From NCBI GenBank assembly GCA_964106645.2, contig OZ078259.1: a stretch of 64,000 nt of DNA. One strand, written 5' to 3'. Position 1 is the first letter of the stretch. Each line of letters opens with the position of its first letter. Of this stretch, positions 48,871 to 61,645 are shown piece after piece. The notes beneath the pieces are model-generated. The model searched no databases, had not been told where the DNA came from, and worked only from the letters and a program-made list of their open reading frames with translations. The translations under genes and the position numbers were made by a program. This DNA comes from Podarcis pityusensis. Taxonomy: Eukaryota.

Positions 48871-51649
48871 GTTTAGCATATGACGAGCAGAACCTTTGCC
48901 CAAGAACTTGGAGAACTACTGCCAGTTAGAGTATGAAACAGTGAGCTGGATGAACAAATAATCTGGCATATTGTTAAACCATTCAGCTATAATGGCTAGC
49001 AGCCTTTGGCTAGGGTGACACTTACATGTTCTTAAAGCCATCAAACTTTACTGACTTGTACAATCGCCTTACCCCATGTATGCCTACTCAGCCACTTCTG
49101 TATGTGAAACTGGCAGGGTTATAGGTGTGATATCATACTCATTCAGCACTTGTAAGAAATCAATCTCTTACCCTTTGGAACTCCTTGCCTATTGACGATA
49201 GGCAGACGCTTTCACTGTACTCTTTTCTGCACCTGCTTAAAACATGTTTGTTTAGTCAAGCCTACCAAGACATGTAGAATATCGACATCTGTTTAATCTC
49301 TTTTTCCTTGCTGTTGATTTTTAATCCTCTTTTGAATATTTACAAACACCTGCTTTTAACTGTATTTGAATGGTAATTTCATTGCTGTTGTGTTTTTTTT
49401 GTAACTGACTTAAGAGTTTTTATTATTTAATCAAACAGTTTATAAATCTTGATACATAAAAATAAACATGGGGGTGGTAAATTCCGTAATTAGGCATGGT
49501 GTTGTGTGCCCCCTTTAGGCACAGCATCAAGGTATGGCATGGCTGGGCATCTATCTGGGGCCCATGCCCTAGCACAGGCTCCACAGACAGGAAGCCCCCT
49601 GGGCCTTGCAGCAGGGAGGAGGGAGATTCAATGAGGGAGGGAGGATCTATGGAGTGTCTTTCCTGGGGGGTGGGGCATCTCTTGAAAACCTGGAGCCAAC
49701 ATTGCCTCCATCTTGGATCAGCCCAAAATCTTTGCCACCTGAGACTTCTAACGCAGCAAGGCAGAAGTGCTTCTCTTTGTTGCCTCTCTCCTAATTTTAT
49801 AAACTCCTGTCTTTTCTCCCTTCACCTTTTGAGTTTCAAGCTTTAGCCTTTCCTTGATGCACCCTTGATGTTTTGAGTTGTTCTTTTCTGTATCTTTCCC
49901 AGCACTATGATAACCCTTTTTTCCCCTTCAGATTTTCCAGGTTAAAAGGTAGCAACCTCAAGCAAAATATGTGAGAAGGCGATGCGTAGCAACAAAATAC
50001 AGCTGCTTTCAACTGTGCAAACTGTCTGTCTGTCTGTATTGCAGTGTGCAAAGAATTAATTGATCCCTTACTTCAGTTTTCCCTTCCTGCATTAGTCAGG
50101 AGGCCCCTTTCCTTCCATTAGCACTGCAAAGCGTTTCCATTTCTGAACATTTCCGACTAATCACAGTAGGAGAAACCACCATTTTGTTTCCTTACCCCAC
50201 AATTCTGGGTAAAATGGTGGCATGAAGATGAAATGCTGCCAGATCAAATACGCTCCTCGTCTGTCTTTCATCACCTCCTACAGCTCTTCCCTGTCTGAGA
50301 CGTCAATCTGAATTCTTAATCATGTTAATATTTGATTTGTTGGAAGTTAAAAACAACACCAAACAGTAGTGTTTACATTGCAGTCAAGCTCTGGTGAGAA
50401 GCAGGGGGGTTATTTCTCATTTTCCCCTTTGCAAATCAAATCGTTTACCCAAAACAGTTTATTAGAAGGGTTGATTCAAATTTTGAAATATGATAACTGT
50501 TCCTGGGGATAGAGGGGCATCCAATGAAAACAACAACAACCCACATTAAATTATACATTTTCTAGTCTCAGTCACAGATGCTTGAGGAATTTCTTCTTTA
50601 CACATTCCAATGCAAGCAGACATAAACCACCACTCCTGGATTAATGTGTGGGTTGGAATGCATTTAACCTTCGGATTTCACCATGCTCTGAATTTTGCAT
50701 TGTAGCTCTTGGCTTAAATGAAAAAACAAAACAAAAACAACCTTATATAATGATGTGTATCTTAGGATAAAATACGTTTAGAGAGATGAACTTTAAGAGA
50801 AGTGTGTCTTTTTGGAGAAAATAAGAATGCATAAACTTATTTAAATACTGTACACTGATTTATTTATTTTTTAAAGTCAGAAATTAATATGAGAACAAGA
50901 TAGGATTTACTTATAAATGACCCACATATAAAACTTAAACAGACTGGAAATATTAGGCTGAGATTTTTCTGTGTCCCTGGTAAACCACTCTCCCTGTGGT
51001 TCTCTATTTCTCTCTTTTGGATATGTAATGTTAATATTTAGATTGTGAATTCCTGGAGTGGTTCTTCTTCAGGATTCATCTCCCCATAGAACAGAGGCTG
51101 TGAGTGGCAAGGTGGTGCCAAGGTCAGCATGGTGCAAACACACCAGTGAATCCAATCTGGCAATCCTGCTGGCATGTTTGCACCTCACAACTGCCCTATC
51201 CTTCCATCCTGGTATGCAGCAGCAACCAGAAGGAGACCAAGTGAGTGGTGCAGACCCACCACGGCACCTGATACCTTTGTAGAAAAATAAAGCATCTCAT
51301 TTGGTGATGGGTGGATCTTAAGTCCAGGGTACATAAATGTATCAACATCAATATGTCATTTTATCTGCTGCAAAAACTCATTTCAAATAATATGTAAATG
51401 AACACAGCACATAACAGAGTAGATCTTCCACTATAATCAGGCTGCAGCAATGGGAAAGACAGCACTGCCGGGTCTGCTGTCTTGAGAGACCAGTTCCATC
51501 ATGCTCCTCCTTCAGCTGTCATCTGCAGAAGCCATTCCATCTGGCTACATGAAATGGGAGGGAGTCAGGGTTGAAGGGCCTCTCCAGCAGCTGTTGAGAG
51601 ACCTGCAACTTTCAACTCCTTTAACTTCTTCCATTCACACTGGTCATTA

Positions 51650-52443
51650 TTGCATATTCAGACCCAGAGACCTCCCCCCTAAATAAATTCACACTTGACT
51701 CAAATTTTAGTTTTGGTTCTTGGCAGAATTTAGGCCACAACTTTATTGATTACAGAAGGTGACTGGTTGCATAGGCACTGGTTTGACTAGCTCCCTGCAC
51801 CCTTGCAGGCAGCGCTGACCAAGGGCACCAGCATAGGTCAGCCAAGGGTGAACACCTGGGTAGGCGAAAAGCCGGGAACGGACTATGTTCACCACTCAGA
51901 TGCCCCCCTGGACTCAGGCACGGGCACAACCCCCTCTCTGGGGTTGACCAAACTAGCTGAGTCCCTGGATTCCTTTAACAGAATACCCTTCACATAGGGA
52001 TGGAGAGACCGCTCTCCCATCCCTATCACCTTGAACCAGTGCCTATCCACCACACGAGCACCGCGCTTGCCACCAACCTCTCACACCTGTAACCAGTCCC
52101 TTAACCCCGCTGACACTGCTGTCAGCCACAAATCATTCCCAATTACAGACAGATGAACCCCATCAAGCCTGTAACGAGACGCATCACGGAAGGTAATGCC
52201 TGGGTGACGGATCACTGTCCCGCCCAAGGCCAGAACCTTCTTGGCCACTGCACTCTGGACGCACTTCCTGGCCCTCTCGGTGGCAGCTGGGCATTGGCTA
52301 CCATGTCACACATGTCGCTGCAACAGCTGCGACCAAAAAATTTTGAGTCCAGGAAGAGCTGCCTTCAACTCTTCTAAGTCCTCCTGCATGCAGGTCTGCA
52401 GGCTCAAGCAGGGAGCTTCTGGCAAATCGTTCTCACCCAGCTG
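51650..52443 (-). mobile_element. DIRS/Ngaro-like retrotransposon 3' fragment with decayed SGNH-hydrolase ORF (52081-52443)
   Basis: minus frame QLGENDL...IFWSQLLQRHV*...RHPGITF..RLDGVHLSVIGNDLWL..RDWLQV*: SGNH block III (GxND-like) and block V (DGVH); downstream AATAAAGTTGTGGCC terminal region. Confidence 0.7.
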
Positions 52444-53722
52444 CCTTGTTCTCTGAATGACAATGGCACCCACCTGAGAGGTACCAGTACTGAGTTCTGG
52501 CAAGTTCCCACTGAAAAAAAGCCCTGCCCTTTTGTGTCATGTTATTTAGCTTGTAAGCTTGAGGGCTGGGGCTGTCTTAGTACCAATATTTGTAAGCTGC
52601 TCAGGGATTCCTCCCTCTGTAATGTGTAATGGGATGGAAACAGCAATCGGACAGTACAGTATAGCATAATATAAGCAGATTCATAGGTTCAACCCTGGAA
52701 GGTGTGGTTAAACCTCTAAACATATTATTGCAAGCAATCTGAAGCTGGTGGAAGGGATCCAACACCTTGCCAAGCTTATTATCAATGTTCCCTTTAATAT
52801 TATTTTATAGCCTGTCTTGGGTTAAATCCAAGCAATTGTACCTAAATGGCTTGCGGATTGAGCTTACATTCCAAGTATGCTTCTTCCACAGTGAAATAAA
52901 ACTGTGGCGGGAGGGGGACGACAACAGAGCAATTTTTAAATATGCACAAACCCATGTTTAGACAGTTCTGACTTTGTATTTTTCTTTTGTGCTGGTGAAT
53001 ATTTCATGCACTGATTTTTATTTTATGGCAGGATCATAGTTCCAGCAATGTAATTGCAAGCAAGGGAACAGTTATGCTTTCTACAGTACAGAAATGAAAG
53101 TCTTTATCTTTAAACTAAGACCTGCTCCACAGAATCAAATGCCTACAGGGACTCAGGAACAAGGGCAGGGGGGGGGGAGTATAGGATTGAAGATAGCCTT
53201 TTAATGGGTTCACATGGGCTTCCCCCCTCCAATAATATATGAATGTGGCCATTGTTTCTCTCTGCTTCATTTTGCTTTCAAACCTAGCTTAACAGTACAA
53301 CCAGAATTTTTTCGCCAGTTGTAAATGACGGCTTGACAAAATAATCTGAAATGAGGCTGTGCTGAGTGTAATTACAACCCATGTTTCCAAAATTGAAACT
53401 CCTGAAGGGGTTAGCCTTGGTTAAATTTTTAATTCAGTTATTTAAAGTGTCTGACTTACTGATCAGAATATTGTTTTAAAAGAGTGCCAGTTTAACACAG
53501 CACAGAGTAGATTTCCTCCTTCTGTAAGTAGTGCCTCCTCTAATTTTTGAAGTTGGCAGAGGTTCAAAGTCAAAATATTGTATTCCCAATAACATCTCTC
53601 TCTTGCAAGCACTTCCCTTGCAAAACACTGAACCTTTAAAAAAGATTTTTAAAAATGCAATTTGTGTGCATTATTTCGTTTGAAAACGTCCAGCTATTCT
53701 TATATTTTTGCTGATTTATTTT

Positions 53723-53870
53723 GGTCAAATAGCTGAGTTGGTTAGAGCATGGTGCTGATAATGCCAAGGTTGCAGGTTTGATCCCCATATGGGACAACAG
53801 ACTATTCCTGCATTGCAGGGGGTTGGCCTAGATGATCTTCAGGGTCCCTTCCAACTGTGTGATTCTATGA
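53723..53870 (+). mobile_element. tRNA-Ile-derived SINE with CR1 tail (CpG-decayed copy)
   Basis: TAGCTGAGTTGGTTAGAGCATGGTGCTGATAATGCCAAGG followed by CR1 3' end GATTCTATGA. Confidence 0.8.
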
Positions 53871-56449
53871 ACTCTATCCCATCATTATTCCATCATGGAA
53901 CCCAATATGGAGGTCATATGAATGGGAACCACTCATCCAGGAACTGACCAGACCCAGATGTGATTAGCAGCAGCAAAATAGTAGCCTCCTGTGCCTTCAG
54001 ACCATACGCTGGACCATTGCTATAAAGCAACCTCAAAGAGGAATGGTCCATTGTTCTGTATCAGCCATGACTGCTGAATAGAAACTCAGAACTCAGCAAC
54101 CATGGAGACTTTCATGCTTTGTGAGTTTCTCAGAGGGATCCAACTGTCCAACATTGGGTGATGGATGATGATGGGCTATATCAGGGGTTGGGAACCTTCA
54201 GCCCATGTGCCTAATTAAGTACAGCATAGGCCTCAATTTGGCCCAATAGGCAGTTTCCTTCAATCCACACCCATTTGCCCGACACCTGCCACCATATGTA
54301 ATGTCAGGTGACAGGAAAGGGAATATGCAGCTGCCAGTGTCCAAACAGGAGCCTTAAACTGCACTCCTAATTGCAGATTGGCCAGGGAGCCTTTCTGTCA
54401 CCAGTCTTTGAAACAAGCCTATCAGGGAACAAAAGAGGAAGTGAGAGAGGAAATGCAATAATTGGTTTGTTTGTTTAATGGGCTAAAAAGATGTTAAACT
54501 CTTTTGCAGTCTCCAGATACCATGGTGAGATGATATAAATTTTCATTATTAAGAAGGATAAATATATATTTATATGGTGCTTGCTTTGCTTCAAACCCTT
54601 CTAATTAAATGCTTAGTTTTCTTTTTACAACTGAAATTTGCCAGGGACAAAGCTGATTGCCTTAATTGATTAAACAGATTCACTCCAGTGCGACCGCGCT
54701 TGATTGCCGAGTTCTTTTTATCAAGACAGTTCACGAGGGAAACAAAATGGGGTTACCCTTAGTCAAGTCAAATGAATGGCAAATATATGTTTTTAAAATG
54801 GCTGGAGATTAACTTCTTCAACATTGTCACACACATAAACAGGGGATGTGTTTCAAAATAATAAGTCTTTGAGTAGTTTTTTCTTTTTAGTTTATATTTC
54901 ATATAAGAGGAGATGAAACAAGGGGGACCAGCAACAAAAGGTTGCAGTGCAGAGTGCTCCTGTTTGCGGTGCCCGACAGCCCCATTTTCCCCCATTACCC
55001 ATTTTCTTCCACTCAGCAAGCATTCAGCATTCCATGGCCACTGAGCATGCTCAGTCCCCCTTACATTTCCCCCCCTAACTTTATCCTTTCACAAACCTTG
55101 TGGAACATCATCAGATCTCACACCCAGGTGGTGCCATACATAAGGATCAACACTGAGGGGTAAATTCACTAATCTTTTATATATTTTTGGAAGTAGCTTG
55201 TTCACTATGCATATGGACACTTCTGAAGATAGCATGGCCGCATTTTGCATGATGGTCCCCGAGATCAAGAAGCAAGTTTTGCCTATGTTTGGATACAACT
55301 GGAAGCCATTTTGAAGCAAAATGGTGGACTGAACTTTCAAAATTGCATTGATTTTAACCACTGATTTCTAAATGTCACTAAGTTTCTTTTTGTTTGTTTC
55401 TTTTCATTCCCAAGCACTGACAAACATGAAGTTTCAAGTACAGGAGACTCCCCACTTACACAGGAGTTAAGTTCCGGGCCCCTACACGCATAAGGGAAAT
55501 GAGCACATGTGGGGTGCACCCTTATTGAAGTAGGGAGTCCTTGTGACTCATGAAGAGTCTCCTTGTGAGCCAGAGTGGCAGCGGTGCTTTATTGAGGCTG
55601 TTCAGCATCCTCAGTTAAGAGCTGACATGTGGGGTATTGCAGCCACCGCCGCTGCTACCCTGCACATCAGCTGAGCAGCCTCAACAAAGCCCCACTGCCC
55701 CTCTGGCTCACAAGGAGACCCACCCCAGAGCCAGAAGTGGAAGACCTGTGGAGGGTCTCCTCGTGAGCCACGAGGACTCTCCAGGGTGCTCCCCACTTCT
55801 GGGTTCCCAGTGCCGCACATGTGCATGGTTGCACACAAGTGGGGAGCTGCCTGCAACATAAAGAGCCCAATTCAAAGTGCTGGTTTTGACATATAAAGCC
55901 CAGTATATATTGGTTCATGACCCCCAACATCTTTCAGAGCACCTTGAGACAATTGCATAGAAGGCAATTGATTAATGATAACAAATAACAGCAGCAACAA
56001 TTTATGCTCTTAAGTAGACAAATGAATAAAAGACTAAGAAGAAGGCAAAGACAATGAAGAAATTTCACAAACATGCCATTCTAGCCAGCCACTTCTGCTC
56101 ATACTCTTGCTGCAAACCTCCTGGGCAGGGAGGGCCAGCTAATGTCATTCTGTATGACTTCAAGAACAAGCCACATTCACACCGTACATTTAAAGCACTA
56201 TGATACCACTTCAAAGACTCATGACTTCCCCCAAAGAATTCTGGGAGCTGTAGTTTACGGGTCCCAAGAGGAGGCATCACAGAGTTACAAATTCAGAGTA
56301 CCTTGTGAAAAGGAATTGATTTTTAAACCACTCTAGAAATTGTAGCTCTGGGAGCAGAACAGAGGTTTCCATACAACTCCCAGCAGCCTTAGCAAACTTC
56401 AGCTCCCAGAATTCTTTGGGGGAAACCACAACTCTTTTAAGTGGTACCA

Positions 56450-57032
56450 CAGACCTTCAAAGTGTCCCTATTTTCCAAGGACATCCCTGAGTTAGAGAAG
56501 CCGTTCCAGTTTCTGATTTAATCCTGGAATGTCCCACTTTTCCTTGGGACGTCCCTATTTTCATTGGAGAAATGTTGGAAGATGTGGAATTATCTGACCC
56601 CTGAGCCGTCTGAATGCAGTCCTGTATAGGGAAGTTTTTTTGTTTTGTTTTTTAAAGTTCAACGTTTAATTATGTTTTTATATTTTGGAATGTTATGTAC
56701 TAAGCTTGGATCCTAGAAAATTGGCAGGTAGGATCCTAGAATGCAACAACCTGATTGGCCTGCAGGAGCAGCCCAATCAGGCTCCAGGACCCAATCAGTC
56801 AGACAGTACTCATTGTGTAAATAATGTATATAAAGCCTGAGGTTTGGGGGGAAATTCAATCACTGTTCCTATGATAAAGAACATGAAATTATTACTCGAC
56901 TCTGAGTATATTTCATGGAAGCTGCCCAGAGTGGCTGGGGCAGCCCAGTTAGATGTGTGGGGTATAAACAGTAAAATTCTCATTATGGAATGGGACAGCC
57001 CTATTTTCATTGGAGAAATGTTGGACAGTATG
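56450..57032. mobile_element. hAT-like MITE with GTCCC subterminal repeats, nested in another palindromic repeat
   Basis: imperfect TIRs; GTACCA duplicated at the flanks; internal direct repeat CCCTATTTTCATTGGAGAAATGTTGGA. Confidence 0.6.
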
Positions 57033-57049
57033 GTACCATAGTGGTTTAA

Positions 57050-57093
<44 letters not shown>

Positions 57094-57814
57094 CCTTCTC
57101 CACACAGAGTTGTTCCAGGCCCTTCGTACAGCAATCACAATTGTTTGTGGATTTCCTGAGGTCTTCCGCAAAGATGAACTGTGTGGATGCTGATGCGCCC
57201 AAAAGGAGAACAGGGTGGGGGGAGAGAGAGACCTGAGGAAATTAGGATTTCCAATATGGAATCACGGCTGGCACGGCTCTCCGAGCAGTAGTAGAGCTCA
57301 GTTACCATGGGGTGTTAATTACATGTTCTCTGTGTTGCCATGGAGATCTGCACCACAGGGGCTTCCAGGTCACAGCGTTCTTCAGGGCGGTCTCTCTCCT
57401 TTGCCCCAAAGAACCACACAGATCCCGATTGCCACTTTGCACCTGTGAGAAGGTACCGTAGTGCACACGTCAACCGTTTGGCCTGAGGCTTCAGAACAGA
57501 GTGTGAGGAGGTGGCACTCCAAATGCATGGCTGCCCAGTAGATGCCACACTGAGGCTGTCAGCTATCTTCAACTACAGAAGCAAAAGGCAAGCTGTTTAA
57601 AGCAGGGAGCTTTCAAGAGGATTTTTTTTACAGTGCAGTGGTAGGAAACAGAAGGAAGGCCAAAATGGCACTGGCCATAAGGGGAATGAGAAAGACTATA
57701 GGAAGTGGTAGCCCACAAATCTAGGCCATATCTGCACCTTACGTAATAAAGCACTGTTGATACCACTTTAAACACTTATGGCTTTACCCAAAGAATCCTG
57801 AGATTCTTGATGCT

Positions 57815-57958
57815 GTGATCCTGCTCCAGGTGGATCACGTTTAATCAAAACTCTCCACTATGACCTGTCCATCTTGGGTGGCCCTGCACGGCATAGCTCA
57901 TAGCTTCTCTGAGTTATTCAAGCTCCTTCACCATGACATGGCAGTGATCCATGAAGGA
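57815..57958 (-). mobile_element. BovB/RTE 5'-region fragment
   Basis: minus strand GAGCTATGCCGTGCAGGGCCACCCAAGATGGACAGGTCATAGTGGAGAG. Confidence 0.7.
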
Positions 57959-58533
57959 GAATCAAATGGTACTGCAGCCAATAAGGCAGTTACTTGCCAC
58001 TTTGGTTGTAGTAATGTTTGATTCAAATGAAGAAGGCCAAGACATTTATAACATTAATATCCCTATATCACTGTGATATACACACATTTTGATACACAGA
58101 CACCACATATGACTTGGGGAAGCCCGCTTAACAATGTTTAGAAAAATAAGGATATGACAAGAATTTGTTTGTATTGTTTGTCTTTTCTGTTTGTGTTTAT
58201 TATTTGTGTTATAAAATGAATACATTTGGGGGGGGGAATGACAATTAAACACTCGACCCCTATTCCACAATCTGTTGTGTGTGAACCAGTCAGTTTATTG
58301 TGACTGGTAGCTGAACTTGTGAACTGATCATCTGTGGTGCTATATCTGGGGATGCCCATTCACATATGCAAGTCCCCACTGGTTGTTGCAGGTAGACATA
58401 CAAGTATAATCCAGTCCCATGGACAAGCTGGAAGGCATGGAGACTCTTTGATGGGGCTGGTCTCTGATGGACATGGGGAGGTTGGACTAGAGTGCCCGAC
58501 TAAGGACAGAAATTGGCAAGGATAATTGAAGTA

Positions 58534-59519
58534 CAGTCATACCTTGGATTCTGAACGCCTTGGAACTCGAACGTTTTGGCTCCCGAACGCTGCAAACCAG
58601 GAAGTGAGTGTTCTGGTTTGTGAACGTTAGAATAGAATCATAGAATCATAGAATCATAGAGTTGGAAGAGACCACAAGGGCCATCGAGTCCAACCCCCTG
58701 CCAAGCAGGAAACACCATCAGAGCACTCCTGACATATGGTTGTCAAGCCTCTGCTTAAAGACCTCCAAAGAAGGAGACTCCACCACACTCCTTGGCAGCA
58801 AATTCCACTGTCGAACAGCTCTTACTGTCAGGAAGTTCTTCCGAATGTTTAGGTGGAATCTTCTTTCTTGTAGTTTGGATCCATTGCTCCGTGTCCGCTT
58901 CTCTGGAGCAGCAGAAAACAACCTTTCTCCCTCCTCTATGTGACATCCTTTTATATATTTGAACATGGCTATCATATCACCCCTTAACCTCCTCTTCTCC
59001 AGGCTAAACATGCCCAGCTGCCTTAGCCGTTCCTCATAAGGCATCGTTTCCAGGCCTTTGACCATTTTGGTTGCCCTCCTCTGGACACGTTTCCAGGCCT
59101 TTGACCATTTTGGTTGCCCTCCTCTGGACACGTTCCAGTTTGTCAGTGTCCTTCTTGAACTGTGGTGCCCAGAAGTGGACACAGTACTCCAGGTGAGGTC
59201 TGACCAGAGCAGAATACAGTGGCACTATTACTTCCCTTGATCTAGATGCTATACTCCTATTGATGAGGCCCAGAATTGCACTGGCTTTTTTAGCTGCCGC
59301 GTCACACTGTTGGCTCATGTCAAGTTTGTGGTCAGCCAAGACTCCTAGATCCTTTTCACATGTTCTTTGGAACCTGAACGTCCAATGGGGCTTCCACAGC
59401 TTCCAATTGGCTGCAGGAGCTTCCTGCAGCCAATCAGAAGCCGTGCTTTGGTTTCCGAATGTTTTGGCAGTTGAACGGATTTCCGGAACGGATTCTGTTC
59501 GATTTCCAAGGTACAACTG
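58534..59519. mobile_element. Tc1/mariner (Tigger-like) MITE split by a CR1 insertion
   Basis: TA|CAGTCATACCTTGGA ... TCCAAGGTACAACTG|TA. Confidence 0.8.
58629..59363 (-). mobile_element. young CR1 LINE, 5'-truncated
   Basis: [52 protein letters not shown]; (ATTCTATG)n tail. Confidence 0.95.
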
Positions 59520-60516
59520 TATGTAAAGCTAGGTTTACTCCAGGCATGATGGCAGAGTCTGGTCCCCAGTGCCTCTCTGCCACTATTCACTCCAGCTTTT
59601 ATTTAATAAACAGCTACAGATTAAGTCCACGTTTGAAAAGACAGAGATGGCATCCAAGATCACAGATGGCAAGCTCAAGGCCTCAGCAACAATAGCTGTC
59701 AAGTTTCTAAATGTGTAGAGTATTAATGTCCTTGCACAAACAGGGATGGGACACGAAAGGAAAGTTTGTTTGAGTTGCAACTTTGTAGAAAATTAATTCA
59801 GGGCATGTGCTCAGAGTTTTGTTGGCCAGATAAAATACTTGCCTGGCTCCTCCTATCAGCTCCCCTGTCTTCTCTCTGCTGGCTGAACAGGAAGGTGGGA
59901 GTCAATGTTATCTACCGGCAAAGGTACACCAATGGAACAAGGCTGAGGCAGAGGGAGGGATCTTCTCTCCACAAAGAACCTCACTTTACTCCTTCTTTCA
60001 ACTGATTCCTAAGTTAACAACTATCCTGAAGCTTCAGTTGTGGAATGCTGCTGGCCTATTATTATTATTATTAATTATTTCAACGTATTTGTTGCGTTCC
60101 ATGAAACCTCAAGGTGACATACAATAATGTGGTTATACTACCCTGCAGCTGAAGGATTCAAATATTATATAGCCATCAAGTTCTTGCTTGGTCATGAAAT
60201 GCAATAGGCTGATTCTTTGTCAACAGGGCTCTCTCAGCCCTACTGACCGGGCAAGGATAAGATGGCATAATATTCATGTACAACACCTTCCTTGGAGCAA
60301 CACCAAGAATGAACCTGATAAAACAGGGGTGTTGACCCTCCTGGTGCCATTGGGAATCTCCCATCAGTTGCAGCAACCAGCATGGCCAAAAGTCAGAGGT
60401 TATTACAGCAGTTGTAGTGTAGCAACTTCTGGCTGGGTTGCAAACTTGAGTAAAATATTGGGGGGAGGGCCAGGTAAAGCCCTGCCCCATATAATTGATC
60501 ACATGACATGGCGTGT

Positions 60517-60553
<37 letters not shown>

Positions 60554-61439
60554 TTGAATGGCAATGCCCATCAACTTTGCAGGAGCTCAGCCCTCTCAAA
60601 TATGGGGGGGGGGGGCTGAAGGAACCTCAGCCCCTGGGAGTTTGCTGCTATGACTTCGGGGAACATCAGGTCCACCATCCCTGTAATTTAAAAAAAAAAA
60701 AAAAAAGCTTTTTGAGAATGATTTCTTTCTAGGGCTGTTACCTGATTAAAGTAATTATAGTTGATTAACCACATGGGGTTAATCCATTAAATCCACTTAA
60801 TGTATATTCTGGTTGAGTTGTGTTGTCTTGGTTTTAACTAATGTTGGGGCTTTTGAGTTTATGATTAATCTGTTCTTATTTGCTGTTTGATATAGTTTTT
60901 TATTATAGCTTTTTTAAAGGGTTTTGCTGTACTTATTGCAATCTTGCCTTTGTTACTTTATTGGACACTGCCCTCAGATTACAATGTGATGAAGGTTTTT
61001 TTATATATAAAACTGGTCAGTAAATGACAAATAAACAAACATCTGCAATAAAAAGTAGAGCAATAAATAAAGCAACAATTCTGGAGGGAAACACATATTT
61101 TATGTTATTTTTTCAGAACTACTGTGCACATTTATTGCAGCCACAATGAAGTCTGTTGGAAAAGGCATTCCCTTCCGCATGTGAGATGTGAGGGCTGCTT
61201 CCAAGATTTGTAATTTTACATTATCATCATCATCATCATCAATGCATTATAGCGTCACTGATTTAAATGGCACCCTACAGAATATAAAGAGGACAGGTCT
61301 CTGCCTGTATGAGCTTGCAGTCTGAACCAGCAGAGAGGCAAGGGACTAGGATCTAGGATTCAAATCCCAACTCAGCCATGATGCTCACAGGGTTGTTGTC
61401 AGGATATTAACAGCTACCATACGAACCTGCATGCACCAG

Positions 61440-61645
61440 AGCTAGGGTAGTATAGTGGTTAGACTGTTGGAACTAAGCCCTGGGAGGCCAGGTTTCAAAT
61501 CCCTACTTAGCCATGAAGCTTGCTTGGTGGTTTTTGGCCAGGCACCTGCCTCTCAGCCTAACCTATGTCATCAGGTTGCTGTACAGATAAAACACAGGAG
61601 AGAACTGTCTACTTTGAGTTCCTTGGAAGAAAAATAGACAATAAA
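61440..61645 (+). mobile_element. old Squam3/MIR-like SINE (similar decayed copies ~8200-8400 minus, ~63480-63560)
   Basis: TAGTGGTTAGA A-box, GGTTTCAAATCC B-box, CTCTCAGCCTAACCTA core. Confidence 0.65.

Noticed and set aside
52444-52527. AIVIQ apparently extending the SGNH ORF upstream
   Set aside because: The segment looks like the end of a separate hAT-like repeat (AAAAAAAGCCCTG terminus), so the match may be coincidental
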